From: Chlorokybus atmophyticus | Taxonomy: Eukaryota; Plantae; Mesostigma and Chlorokybus algae | Length of the DNA: 64,000 bases | Assembly (NCBI GenBank): GCA_009103225.1 | Contig: RHPI01002069.1 | Coordinates: 2,256,846-2,320,845, forward strand | Reading direction: 5' to 3' | In this document: positions 1 to 12,162 of the stretch, piece after piece | Layout: each line of letters begins with the position of its first letter | How positions within the stretch are numbered: position 1 is the stretch's first letter | Notes under the pieces: model-generated | What the model was told of the DNA's origin: nothing | Databases searched by the model: none | What the model saw: the letters and a program-made list of their open reading frames with translations, nothing else | Program-made: the position numbers and the translations under genes

Positions 1-70
1 TATACCAACAAGAGCAATGCCAGGACAAGCACACTGTCACCTGCACCGGTGCCGCTGTCAACCTGCTTAC

Positions 71-474
71 CCCGTATGGAGGTGGGTAAGCCATCTTCTG
101 GTCCATCAGATGCGCCTGGTACTGTCCCTCGAATTGCTGGTAATACGTCCGCACATTCGCCTTGTGCTTGTAACCGGCATTGTGTTGCTTGCGCACAGAA
201 GGCTGCATACACCAACATCATCAGCAACAGAAAGCATCTCCAGACTTCCTGCGCAACCCATGCTGGTTTGGCCTGATAGGGCCTATTGCAGTAACTGACA
301 AGCATACCGAGTCGTGTGTCAAGTGCGTATCACAGTAGTCACAATAGTACCTGCAGCAACCGTAGCAAGTGCATTGTCAAGCACATACAACCTCTGTGGC
401 GGCGTTAAGATAGTCACAAGCAGTACCACAAAACCACACTATCACATTACTACTGTGCAGACTCACCGCGGCAT
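71..474 (-). CDS. SNRPC: U1 snRNP protein C (U1-C), 5' part; the gene runs off the left window edge
   Basis: Exons 474-467, 350-308 and 202-71 with GT-AG introns splice to [61 protein letters not shown], the plant-type U1-C matrin zinc finger. Confidence 0.96.
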
Positions 475-1120
475 GGTGCTGTGTAATCTGCCGTCAGCGA
501 GCGGTCGCTAGCCAGAAACTCACACCCTCATCGGTCATGCATGACACAACAACCATCCTGTAGATAGTTGATTGCTCGTTAAATGCTGCACGCGGTTGAC
601 TCCAGCTCGACGTAGAGTGCGTGGGCAACATACGGGTACATACATACATATATCTACAAGCATCGTAGACAAGTGCATGCATGTAAACGACTGAAATACT
701 ACAAGCCTGTAACATGCACACGCACAACACTCACCCACAAGAACCCCAAAAGTCGGTTGATTCAGGCAGCAATGCGACAAGATATTACGTAGTTAGTGCC
801 TTGAGTTCATTTCTAAAGTGACAAAACAGTAACAAATTGAGCAAGCTTACTGTGGGCAACAGAAGAAAGCTGCAGCAAATCAGCTTACCACGGAAGCCCT
901 GTGCTCCCCTGTGTCACAACCTCAACTCCTCGCTACCCAACCATGCAACAGCTCCAGTAAATCAACAATCGCAGACCAATACAGGTCCACTTTATTCAGT
1001 TTCAACCCCTCGTCCTCCTCCTCCTCCTCCTCCTCCTCCTCCTTCGCCGCCGCCCCTGCCGCCGCCCCTGCCGCCCCAATGCATTCAGAAGCCTAGGGCT
1101 GGCTCCGAAACCCTAAACCA
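475..1120 (-). other. Long, probably multi-intron 5' leader of U1-C containing upstream ATGs (30-aa G/R-rich uORF at 1084-992)
   Basis: GTGAGT/GTAAGC donors and CAG/TAG acceptors lie upstream of the U1-C ATG. A GGC/GGA-rich stretch like other leaders in this window translates as MHWGGRGGGRGGGE(G)10RGVETE*. Confidence 0.45.
1108..1116. promoter_or_regulatory. Telo-box (AAACCCTAA) near the U1-C transcription start
   Basis: Exact motif in the divergent promoter region between U1-C and the zinc-finger gene. Confidence 0.55.
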
Positions 1121-1970
1121 GCACAAGAACTGAAGCGCACTAGCGCACAAACGCACAAGCCAAGAGTCTAGTAAGAGAAAATCCCACGCCCCCCCCTCGG
1201 TCGCGTAGCGCGCTGCAAGTTTGCGCTTTCAGCCGCAGGCGGGCGTCGCATGATGACGCTGTCACAGCACACTGCGTGAGGCGTTTTGTTAGGCTTTTCG
1301 TGCACGAGGGGTGCGTGACGCGCACTGCGGCTTGACGGGGACCATCGCGCCCGGGTATCGCCGGTTCATTCCCTTTGCCTTCCCACCCCTGTTGCCGCGG
1401 CGGCAACCTTGTGGTCATCCTTGTGCTCATCCTTGCGCCCTGCGCTTCGGAGGGCAAGCTCGGGACGGACCCCCTCGGGGACGGCACGCAGGGCCTCGCC
1501 GGTGACATCACGTGACTCAACTGCGACGTGGCGCCGGTCTCCTAGGATGGTAGACGAGCGGGAGTGAGGCAGAGTTCTCAGCCTGGTGTAGGGTTGGAAT
1601 GAGGCGGCAGTGTATGATTGGTTGATGGGAGTGTAGAAGCTTGCTTACTAGCGCATGTGAGCGTTGCAAGTGAATCAAACGAACTGTACACTGCGTGCTC
1701 GCCGTAATCGGACGATGGGAGTTCCAGCTGGCCTTCTCGTTGGCAGAGTTGCCTCAAGCAGCAGCAGGTTTGGATAAAGCATGGACATTGCGCAACTGCA
1801 TGTGTGCACGTTGACTTGTGAACATACCTCCGCTGAGAGCGTTTGCAGTGTGCATGCAAGTATGTGACATAGCTACTCGTAACGTGGCTCGTGGCATGAG
1901 GTATCAGTAAGCAGAGTTGCATGCTTGCAGGTGGAGGTTAGCGGTACAGGCTTTCGCATGGGTATGACAC

Positions 1971-4371
1971 ATGGCTGGCGTGATCACGGACAAGCCCACA
2001 CACGGGCAGTGTTTATACGATGGCGAATGTTTCATGGGTTGCAACGAGTTTTATCCATCAGAGGTGACCTAATAAATCAGACTGGCAATAACCATAAAGA
2101 GAGTTGCTCAGACAGCATGTGTCGACAAACGCACGTCTCCTCTTGTTTCGCAGACAAATGATAGAATATGTGCCCTTTGTGAACACTATCGCTCTTTCCA
2201 CACGCCACTCGAGCCCCATAGAGACACATACGGTGCTTGTAACTACCGCAAAGGCTGCCCAAGAGGGTGAGGCCTCCATTTTGATATTGATATTCTGTTG
2301 CTGAAGAGAGTCCCGAGTGCTAACAGCAGCTGCATTGCACATGCTTGGCAGGTGTTTGGAGTTTCTGGAAGTGGCGACAGCGAGCGGTCCACCCTCCTGC
2401 GAGGCTTGTGGACATGCAAAGGGGTTTCACATGCGTCCTTCCAAAGACAGCCTCGTGCAAGTCGGTCTTGTCTCACCCACAGGTATATAATTCAATTAGA
2501 CATATGCATGATTGGTCTTGGCTTACATGTAGTGCACACATGCATGACAAGGGGCTTTGCATGAATGTCAGGTTGTCAGTGTATGTGCAAACCTTGACAC
2601 GCACAAGCAGCACGCAGACATGCACACACGCGCACATGCACACACATGCGTCGCAAGATGCACCCCCTCAGTCTTTGGCACCCTTGACATGCAGGATTGG
2701 CACAGCGGAGTACCTTTACGCTCCCGCATGCCATGGTGGCCGCACAGTATGCCCCGGTCCACGTCGCGTCCCACCATCATCAACAACAACATCACCAGGC
2801 ATATGCCGCCTCCACCCAGGTTATGCCAGCCGATGCCATTGACAAGGGCACCCCCGAACGCCAACGCCCGCTCACCATGTCTGAACACGTATGTCCCGTG
2901 TGTTGTTGTCGTTGTTTATTGTCGTTGCTGCTGCTGCTGCTGCTGTCATTGTTGCAAACGCGTGCGTGCGTGTGAGTGTGCAAACGTGTGCACACATGCA
3001 TGTGCGTATACATGCAAATAGAAGCTGTGGGACAGAGGCTGATAGTACTCCTAACACCAATGGCGCAGGTGCTTCTTCATCAAGCGGTAATCTTCCCACG
3101 CAGTCCCACTGAATGGCACCGTCTTGTCAATGAGGCAGCACAACGCATTGTTGTCAACCCTCCTGGCGGCTTCTTAAAGACAAGGAAAGATGGCATGATT
3201 GACAAAGGTGCATATACTTAGTCAAGTGTTGAAAGCCTTCAGAGTTGGGCGCTCTTTCGGTGCCAATAGCGTGCATCATTGATGTGCAGGGGAGTTGAGA
3301 AGGCTGGCGGAGAAAGAAGTGCGAGAGAACCACTTTTTCTTCAAGAGAGGGAAGTCGCGCGCGAAAGACGCAATGCATGAGATGCCGCAGGCATCGCTGC
3401 CTTCTAGCGTCGTAGATGTCAATGGTGCTGATGGACGCAAGCGCAAGGTACCGCCATTCGCATCAGTACCCAGTAAATGAGACAGTGCTCAACTGCTGTC
3501 ATCTATGCACGAGGGAATGTTGCAAGTGGAGACCTGTTGAGCTTCGGGTTCCAGCTTTTGACTGTGCAACTGCTTGACTTTTGCACCAGATCTGTAGTCG
3601 CTTCAATGGTAAATTTGTTTTACGGTATACAAATTCACAAGCAGAGAGTAAATTTCCCCCATATCAGGTGGTGTCGACAGTGCGGAGGCATGCTGAGATG
3701 GATGCGGTGCGCAACTTGATCGAGGCCAACCGCGCGCGTCACGCGGCGCTTCTGGCGGAGCTTCGCCTCGCGCGATCCCGCAATGACCCGGACATGAGCG
3801 TTAAGAAGCAGGCGGAAATGGAGGAGTGCTTGAGAGAGAATTTGCAACTCCAGGTTTGGCTATTGCTCTGCTTGTTGGTCACAGGCCTGCTATGCTGCTG
3901 GCATAGTTCCCATGGTGTGATACCGTAGTCTGTGTGGTGCAGATGAGGTTGCAGCAACTGAATCATGCAGAGGAACGATCGCAAAGGGCAAAGCAGCGAA
4001 GAACGCGGAAACGCGACGAGCATCGGCACAGTGGTCAGGTGAGCGCTGGTGATCACGCCATCCAGTGATTGTCTTCCTTTCTAGCTTTCTTTCTTCTGCT
4101 CGCAGTTGATTTTGCTAGAGTGTTTGGTTTCCTTTGGAGTCAAGGCTGGGTAAAAACAGTGGGAGAATCAGCTAGTGATGCTTTTCTTGCCGAGCAGGAC
4201 GTAGGTATGTCCGAGGAAGATGTGAGCGAGCACGCAATAGATGCGGCTGCACATCATCACCACGGGCTCGAGCAGCACGAGCAGCACCACGTGCACCACC
4301 ACGACCAGGCGTCGGGCGCAGCACTGTCACTGGGCATGCAGCCGCAAATGCATGACCTTGTACATCAGTAG
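1971..4371 (+). CDS. Uncharacterised 427-aa protein: two tandem Cys/His zinc-finger-like repeats, NAB NCD2-like segment, coiled coil, His-rich tail
   Basis: Nine exons (1971-2063, 2154-2266, 2352-2482, 2695-2888, 3069-3207, 3290-3447, 3668-3853, 3943-4038, 4198-4371). All introns are GT-AG, phases are consistent, and there are no internal stops over 1284 nt. Confidence 0.85.
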
Positions 4372-4579
4372 TGTAAATAAACCGAGCATGAGTGGCCAGT
4401 GATAGCTAACAGTGGTTGTTATTTATTGTACTGTGGTTTGCTTAGGGACGGCAGCAGGGACATCTCCGAGTTTTGTGTTGAAAAGCATATGCAAAGGAGG
4501 CGGATACCCAGTAAATCACAGCAGCAGGTGCTACTCGCCAGTTGCCTGTTTCTGACTATGTAACTTAAGAGGNNNNNNN

Positions 4580-4720
4580 CCCAAGAAAAGCACCAGATCG
4601 CTGCGGAAAATAACCATAGCCGCAGTCTACAAGATTGAAATCACCATTATAAGAAATCAGTGCGCTGCAGAGCACATGCGACACTCCTGATACGTTAGGT
4701 ACACAGGAAACATGTTGTCA
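4580..4720 (+). repeat. 141-bp exact copy of 16634-16774 (ALG12 intron/exon fragment) next to an N gap; probable assembly artefact
   Basis: Identical sequence in the same orientation, starting immediately after the Ns at 4573-4579. Confidence 0.85.
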
Positions 4721-5183
4721 CCCACTGCCAAACACCATGAAGCGCGTTCGTGCTAAGGCGTACTCCTGATTGTCGCGGAGGTTGAAAAGGTGATTCTTGC
4801 CACAACCTTGCCAGGCATGCGCAATGGCGGTAAGCTATGACATTGTGGATAGTTTCTTTGGTGGAGCTGACTGTGCGATGCGACAAGCCTGTGGGTTTGC
4901 CATGGGCAGTGCGCACATGGACGTCTGTGACGCGGGAAGTATTTTGTCTCAAACACCTGGGTTTCTAACTGTCTGTGCGTGCATGCGCGTGTACGTGCGT
5001 GCGGTTTGTTGTGATCATGGACGGCGTGTTCTGCCCAGGCCGTTCACTCACTCCAATTGAAAATGTGCTTGTTAATTACATTACGACCCAACAAGTGTAA
5101 TATGCTCACATGATTTGGTACCTGGCGTCTGCCCATGAGCAGTTGCGATAGCTCTCTCTATATACAGCATACTAGCGCCTATG

Positions 5184-8100
5184 TCACCGCTTCTTGTTGC
5201 CTTTAAATAAGCCCGAGATCATACGTCCCGGTGCAGAGATAACCTGCTCCATCTTGTCGAATATCTCCACCAAGTCCGCATTGGGATCCTGCATGTGGCC
5301 ACCAGCAGTCGCTACATGCCAAATGCAAGGATGCGTGTGCAAATGCGCGCACACCCTTGCGCATGCCTATACATGCATGTGCGCGAGAACTTTGTTTTGC
5401 AATAGCTGTTCAACACTCGCAGGTCAGCTGTGTTGCTGGTGTCATACGAGGCGTACCTCCATTTTGCCGCCTTTGGTGGGTATGCCTCTGATAGGTGCGA
5501 GCCGCGTGCGCAGGGCGTCCAAAGTTGCCATCAAAATTTGCTGTTCGCAAGAGCGGAACAGCGCCGCCAACCTTGTGCGCTCTGAGATATCCTGCAGTGA
5601 TGAGAGCCAAGCATGTGGACAAGAAAACAAACATTTGTGGGTTGGGATGCTTGATTCACCAGAGTCATACAGCATTAAGACACGACGATATGCCTGTGCA
5701 CACAACATTGTTGCATGCGCTTAGAACAAACTGCATCAGTAACAAGTAACAATCCTTGCGCGCATAGCCATTGCAGAACCTTATTCTGTAGGAGCTTGAT
5801 GTTCTCTTCAAAAGACACGGAGTACGACGTGAGACGCTGGTTGCAGTCAGCCAGCATTAACATCAGCACTTCGTACTCGTTGCCGGGGCTGATAATCTGA
5901 TCCTTCTCAAACGACACCAGCGCCAGCTGTGCGGGGTCTTGGATGCGTGCAAGGCGAAGATATGACAACAGCTGCAGGAGGAAGGTCAAGAAAAGGTCAA
6001 GTGAGGTTGGATTGTAACCAGTAAAGAAGACTAGCAGCACACATATCTCTGTGGAATGCACCAAAAGACTTCAACTTACTTGGACGGGGAATGCGTCGCG
6101 GTATAGCGGGAACACCTGCTCCGTGCTCAAACCCTGCGCCTCAACAATCTGCTTCTTGACCTGGTAAAGCGCGTCCATCTTGACAAGCCCAGCCTGGTAC
6201 TCTAAGTAATCAGTCTTGAGCTTTGAATCCACAAACCCATACCTGCAGCCAGGAGTGAGAGCCAGAGTGAGCAAACCCGCAACCGCAAGATGTTGTTCTG
6301 TGTTGGCCACATGCAAGCCAGTTGTACAAGACGTTGCTTGCTTTGTGAGTGTGTAGTGTTGGCTATGTACGCGCAAAGTTGGTAAGGAAACAATGACAAC
6401 AGCATATCATAGTCTGCTTACGTGAGCAAGAGATCTGCATTGGGCCTGCCAGGTCCATAGCTGATCAGCAGCCGGTCGCCAGGCTTGTAATCCTTGTCCG
6501 CTTGCAGCACGACGCATTGCGATGCCGTATCATAATCCAACGTGAACGTACTTTTGCTCGAGTAAGCAAAGCAGTCTGCCAGCGGTATCTAAGCAAATAT
6601 GGGCACGAGCACTGTAAGTGAGACACTGACAGAATCAGAACAAGTTCACTGCAAATACCAACACAGTTGCCTTGTAGCGTGTGGCTGCGTCATCCATAAA
6701 GGCATGGATGCATTAACATATGTTGAATGCATACACGTGTGTTGTACGCCATTCTTGGTAAGTAACGGAATTGAGCTAGAGTATAGAGCAACAGATGAAG
6801 CACCTGCTTCTTACCAATGCGAAACAATCGGCTGATGGCAGGTAGGCTGCATGCCTTAGAACCAGGCACATGGCCCCCAGGAACCTTTCATACGAGAACT
6901 CATTGGACCCAAGATCCTGCATGACAAACTTGTGTCAGAACATGCAATCCATTGCTTATCAGTATCACCATCAACACCACCTTGGAGCTGCTTGACAGCA
7001 TGGCTTGCTGAACGTCTGCATACTCTGCCTGAATTGAAGTCAGCCTTGCTATTACTTCAGCTGCCGTCACATGCGCAAGCCGCGTGTTCAGCAGCATGAT
7101 GCAAAGCGAGTGTCCACATATGCTGCAGACTTGCACGCTAGGACGCAAGCAACTGGATAAGCCAACCTTGCAGGCTCGAGCCTTTCAGCAATTCATCAAT
7201 CTCATCGCTGGTCCAAAGCAGAGGCGTGTTAAGCTTGGAAGAGAACGTTGTCACGAGCCACATGTGATGAGCGGACTGTTGGCCAAGCTTCGCCTCAGCA
7301 AGCAACCAGAGGGCAAGCGCTACAATCTCACTCCGACCTTGATTGGCACAGTACAATGTCAGCACTCAACCAACAGCAAACAGAGCGCATCCGCTGTGCC
7401 AAGCCTTGTATGCAGCTAATTGCTTGCCTGCAAACTACCTGTAGCTACGGGTCCAATGGTGGGATGGCTTCTGGCATCAGCTGCCGTGATGCATAGATGC
7501 TCTGGCACCTTCAATAGCGTAGCATCTGCCTGCCGCAACCAACATGAACACAGCCTTCGCAACACTTGCACACGAGACAGGAGTGACCAGACATACCTCA
7601 ACACTCTGCTCGGCAACTGCACTACAATGTCGCGGCGGCATGTCGCTCGTGTCTGCAGCGCACAAGCTGAAAGGCTATGGCAAGCAGATAGACGACAGGG
7701 TCAGTGTATGGTCGTACATGTGGTATGGACTCAGCATGACTGGAGGGTTGCTCAATGACACAACGCCACATGCGCAGATGTACCTGTGCTGGAAGGCCTC
7801 GCTCACTCAACGATTGCAACAACTTGGCGCCGTCTGGTGGAGTCAACACTGCCTGCAGCGCAACTGCCGCTTGCACTGCAGTATGCTTGCGATTGTGTGC
7901 ATGCTTGGACCCTGGCATTGGCAGACAATGCACGAGGGTTGGGCTTCACAAACTTCAGAACCATCGCCTTGGTACATTTTCGATGTGTGTGTTATTCTAC
8001 ATGCAGCACTGCATGCAGTAACGCAACATGCTACTTGAGTGAAGCCGTGTCCAGTAGTTCAGTTGCTGGGAATTAGTATTACTCCTAACCACTGAACTGT

Positions 8101-8476
8101 GCCAGAAGTAAGGATGAAGGGCTGTATGAAAGTGACTTATGCCTTTCAAACGCTTGTTGGGTACCAAGAAGGTATGGTAGTCATGACACCGTGAGGTAGC
8201 TACTGCTGATTGCATACGCAACGCAAGCTTAGCTAGTTACGGACGAGAAGCATATCAACAAGCTGTACCTGTGGTCTGCAGAAAGCCTGGCAATCCTGGC
8301 TTCAACAGCCTTACTTCAGCCCTGTGATTGCGCAGCTGCGCCGCCGCATTGCTAGCTGTATGCTTTGGAGGCCTTTCAGCAGTGCCAGGCCTTGCAGGTG
8401 GCTCCAGGCGGAAAGCCACCACATAGGAAGCTGCCAGTTGCATCATGGTGCTGTTTCGCAAATTCCGCAGCAGCAT
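5184..8476 (-). CDS. Rubisco-LSMT/SETD3-type SET-domain protein, probably plastid-targeted (start uncertain)
   Basis: Spliced exons give LLKVPEHLCIT, ALALWLLAEAKLGQQS...NTPLLWTSDEIDELLKGS, IPLADCFAYSSK, LLISYGPGRPNADLLLTYGFVD, LLSYLRLARIQDP and the C-terminus DPNADLVEIFDKME...KKR* (stop 5184-5186). Confidence 0.88.
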
Positions 8477-8863
8477 TGCAGCAGCATGCCCAAGCGCCGC
8501 CGCCTCCTCGTCCTCCTTCGCAGCCTGCTCCCCCTCCAATTACTCTGCCGGATAGAGGCGCAGCATAATTGCCGCCAAAACGAGCTTGCGTTACGTGTTT
8601 CTCAATTACGTAGCGTAACACATTGCTGCCATTCTCACAGAGCTTGCGTGGAGGAGGTGAGCGGCGGCAGCTGTGGCGAGCGGGGGCGGCGAGGTGGTTG
8701 TGGAGCTTGCCGGAAGAGCCGGTCAGGCTGCAGCGGTGGTTTACAGTGCTGGTGAGCAGTAGTGCGGAGAGCATTGCCTGCTGGAACTCCGTTCAGGCAT
8801 CAGCTAGACCGCTATGCTCTGAAGAGGAGCTTTGCTTGGAGTTAGTTAGGCAGGGCGGCAAGC

Positions 8864-11800
8864 ATGCAGGTTGCGGCGCTAAGCTGCCAGCTGGCAGCTT
8901 TGGCTTGCCGTGTGCAGGCTGGCTCCCGGCTCAACCCTCACAGCCAAACGCTTTCGCCGCGCCTCTCCCGAGCTGCCCCGCCATTCCTCGGTGGATCTCC
9001 CCTCCACGCCAAGCTCAGCTCCTCCCGCCTCCCCTTGCCTCAGGCAAGAACTATACAGGCAGTGCTTTTTGAACAAGCGTTCGGTTGTAGGAGGCGATCC
9101 ATGCATCGCGCAATCTTTGTTCTTTTGACACTTCTTTGTTCTTTTGACACTTCTTTTTAGCCCAGAAACAGCGTTTGCCTTTGGTAGGCTAGCGTTGGAC
9201 GACATTTTGCGCTGTTGATCACAATGTGCCGTTCTGTGTTGCTACGCCAGTTTCGATGAATCCATCTTGCCGGCATGCCATTCACATTGCCCCCAGTTGC
9301 TTCGTTGATGGGGTTGATGTTGTGAAGGAAGCGGATTCCGATTGGCCATTGACAGTGCCATTGCCTTATGGGCGGCATGGTTGTTGTCGATGAATCAAGT
9401 GGACTGTTGCATTAGTCTTGATGCTCAGTCTTGGGCTTTGATCTTTGCTTGCATGCTTGCAGTGCAGGATCACACATCAATGTGCTGCATCGTTTTGCAT
9501 GGGCTTTTGGCAGGCTGCTTGCGTTACACTCTCGTTGTCGTTCTTCAACAGAGTTTGGGTTGCGTAGCATCTGCAGCCAATGATGACGGCTCCAGTCACC
9601 TGGGCGCTGGTGCCCAGCCGCAGCCGCGAGGTCTTCCCGTTGTTGGCGTGTTGTCCGCAACGACATCGCCAATAGACAGAAGTGCGTCTGTTGCCTCCGA
9701 GGGCGACCAGCAGACCTCGTTTGTCACACTCATGCAACAACTGCCTCTCCAAAGATTGTTGGTCTGGACTTGCTTTCTCGGCACGCTGTACCAATTAAAA
9801 GACTTCACAGGGGTAAGCAAGTTGTGTCCATATTCCTGTCGTGCGTGTTGCAGGTTGCAGCTGTTATGCACTGCACAAAATCAAGTAGCAAAAGTCGATA
9901 TATAGGCACTAAAAGCCTTCTTCAATGCGTTCACTGGAAGTTATGCCGGTGATCATTTACAGCGTCCATATACATCATGTTGAGTGCCCCATGATAACAC
10001 ATGCGGTCGTTTGGAGTTTAGTGTGTTGAGTTTTCTACTCACCATTGCATTTACAGTATGTTGCATGATAGGTACTTGCCTTTGTACTAGGTACTGTAGG
10101 TACTTGCCTTTGAAATTGAGCTTCGCTGTGGGCTTCACGGCTTGCTTGTACCGGTCTGTTGATTTCAAGTTTCACTATTGCAGGTTGGCATTGGGACTTT
10201 TGTCATGACATATGTAGGTAATTCATTGGTGCAGTCATTCGAGCAACGGCTACCTCAGGTGAACCGGCGGATGCTCGTTGTGGGGTGGTTTGCAATCATC
10301 GTGTTGCTGTTACTGGCTATTGGCTTGTTAACTGTACCTAGAGTAATACGCGAAGGCGCTTACTTTATACACAGAGTGCAGGTGAGAGAAGCTGCTTAAT
10401 GGTGCCTGGTCACACTGTGCAGTTGTCGTGCTGGCCAGGATGCTGACATATTCTTCTTGCTGTGTATTTACTCTTACGTGTGCCGCGGTGTTTGCAGAGC
10501 GAAAATCCATATGTAATGCTATCTGATAAATTGAGGGCTTCTTTAGGGGATAGATTTACAGAACAGGTATGAGTCTGTTCTAACGCATAGGCATAGTCCA
10601 TGTTATATAACCATGAAACCTTGTAGTTAGTCATGTTGTCTTCCTGCTTTGTGATCAACAATCTGACTCTGAGCGTGTCCAGATTGAGCGATTTTTGGTT
10701 ATAGTTTTGAGCGCAGAGGACTCTGTCGCGCAGGTAGTCTGTACTGCATGCTCAAATCTGCATCATGTAGCACAGTGATTGTGTATTGTCACACTTTGAG
10801 CTTACGTGGATGCAGGGGTTGGCAGCTGGCGCAGCCGAATCAGGTGCTGCATCGGTGCACACGCAAAGCAGGATTGCGCTACAAAGAGCTTTGCAGAACT
10901 ACACCGGAGCCATTGTTGATACCACGACAGCGCTCCTGGCTGCTGTCGGCCGATTTTCCATTCAGGTGCAGCTTGTACCATCAAAGTCTGTGCTGTTGGC
11001 GTGCAATGTCATTCACAACACCGCTAGTCATTTAGTGATATATCTTCCTGTAACGTCCTCCCTAATCCTGGTGTCTCATGGTGGCTTGTAATACAGGCAT
11101 CCATCAGCATGACATGCTCATTCATCATCGTTTGGGATCTGCCACTCATTTCCGCCGGCGTGCGCTCATTGCGGACATCTCGACTGGCTGCAGTCTACAA
11201 TGAAATTGCTCCAGCTGTAAGCACTGTCTCAAGTTGCTTCGCAGCACAGTGTTCAAAACCATGTATGGCATGCTAATGCAAGTGCCTGCTACAGGTTGCA
11301 ACATTTGGCAAGATTTTGGGCCGCGCGCTGCAAGCTCAGCTGCTGATTGCAATAAGCAACACTGTGCTGACAGCTCTTGGCATGCTGGCGCTCGCTCTGC
11401 CAGGGATTGGCTTCTTGACATTCTTTGTGTTCGTGTGCTCCTTCGTCCCTGTCGCAGGCGTTATCTTGTCCACCGTTCCGATGGGATTTGTTGCATTGAC
11501 AGAGTACGTTTAATGTGATGCTGCTTGGTTGCATTGATGAATCATTAGCTGGTGCAATGTTTGTGACTTGCGCGCTTGAACTGTTTGCCTGCAGGTATGG
11601 CATTTTCAAGCTCTTCATGGTTATATTTTTGGTATTCATTATTCATGCCGTTGAAGCCTACGTCCTCAACCCAGCCATCTACTCAGGTGAGAGCAGCTCA
11701 ACAGCGCACGTCTTCTCATCCTGATGTTGCTTGTCTATCCTGCTGAAGTCAAGGCTGTTGCTACCATAATCTATGGCCACCAGTGGACAGTGTGCATGGT

Positions 11801-12162
11801 TTTGTTTTTTGCTGGTCCTGACTGCATCATTCCTGCGCTTCACTTATGTCCTTGTAGCCTATACCTATCACACCTGTATGTTCTGCACGTTGGATTCTAT
11901 GTACTGCGCAAATGCTAGAGATTCAGTACCTTGGTATGAGTGTTAAACTGCGCTCATGAACTGTGTGTTGCATCTAGCGCATCTGAAGCTTCATCCGCTC
12001 CTAACCCTGGCGGTGCTCGTGTTTGCGGAGCACACGTTGGGCGTTGTCGGCCTGATCCTCGCTGTTCCTTGCGCCGTGTTCACAATCGAGTACGTTATCA
12101 ACCGCACGCCGTTCGATCGCATCGAGGAAGAGCCTTCAGCACTGCGGGTTGCCGCCAAATAA
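8864..12162 (+). CDS. AI-2E family (UPF0118/PerM-like) membrane transporter with a transit-peptide-like N-terminus (5' exons uncertain)
   Basis: Exons give RLLVWTCFLGTLYQLKDFTG, FGKILGRALQAQLLIAISNTVLT, FVCSFVPVAGVILSTVP, HAVEAYVLNPAIYSAHLKLHPLLTLAVLVFAEHTLGVVGLILAVP and stop TAA at 12160-12162. Confidence 0.9.

Noticed and set aside
8376-8774. ORF MLSALLLTSTVNH... as the SET gene start
   Set aside because: I could not splice it in frame to the SET exons. The ATG at 8476, after a purine-rich leader, joins cleanly.
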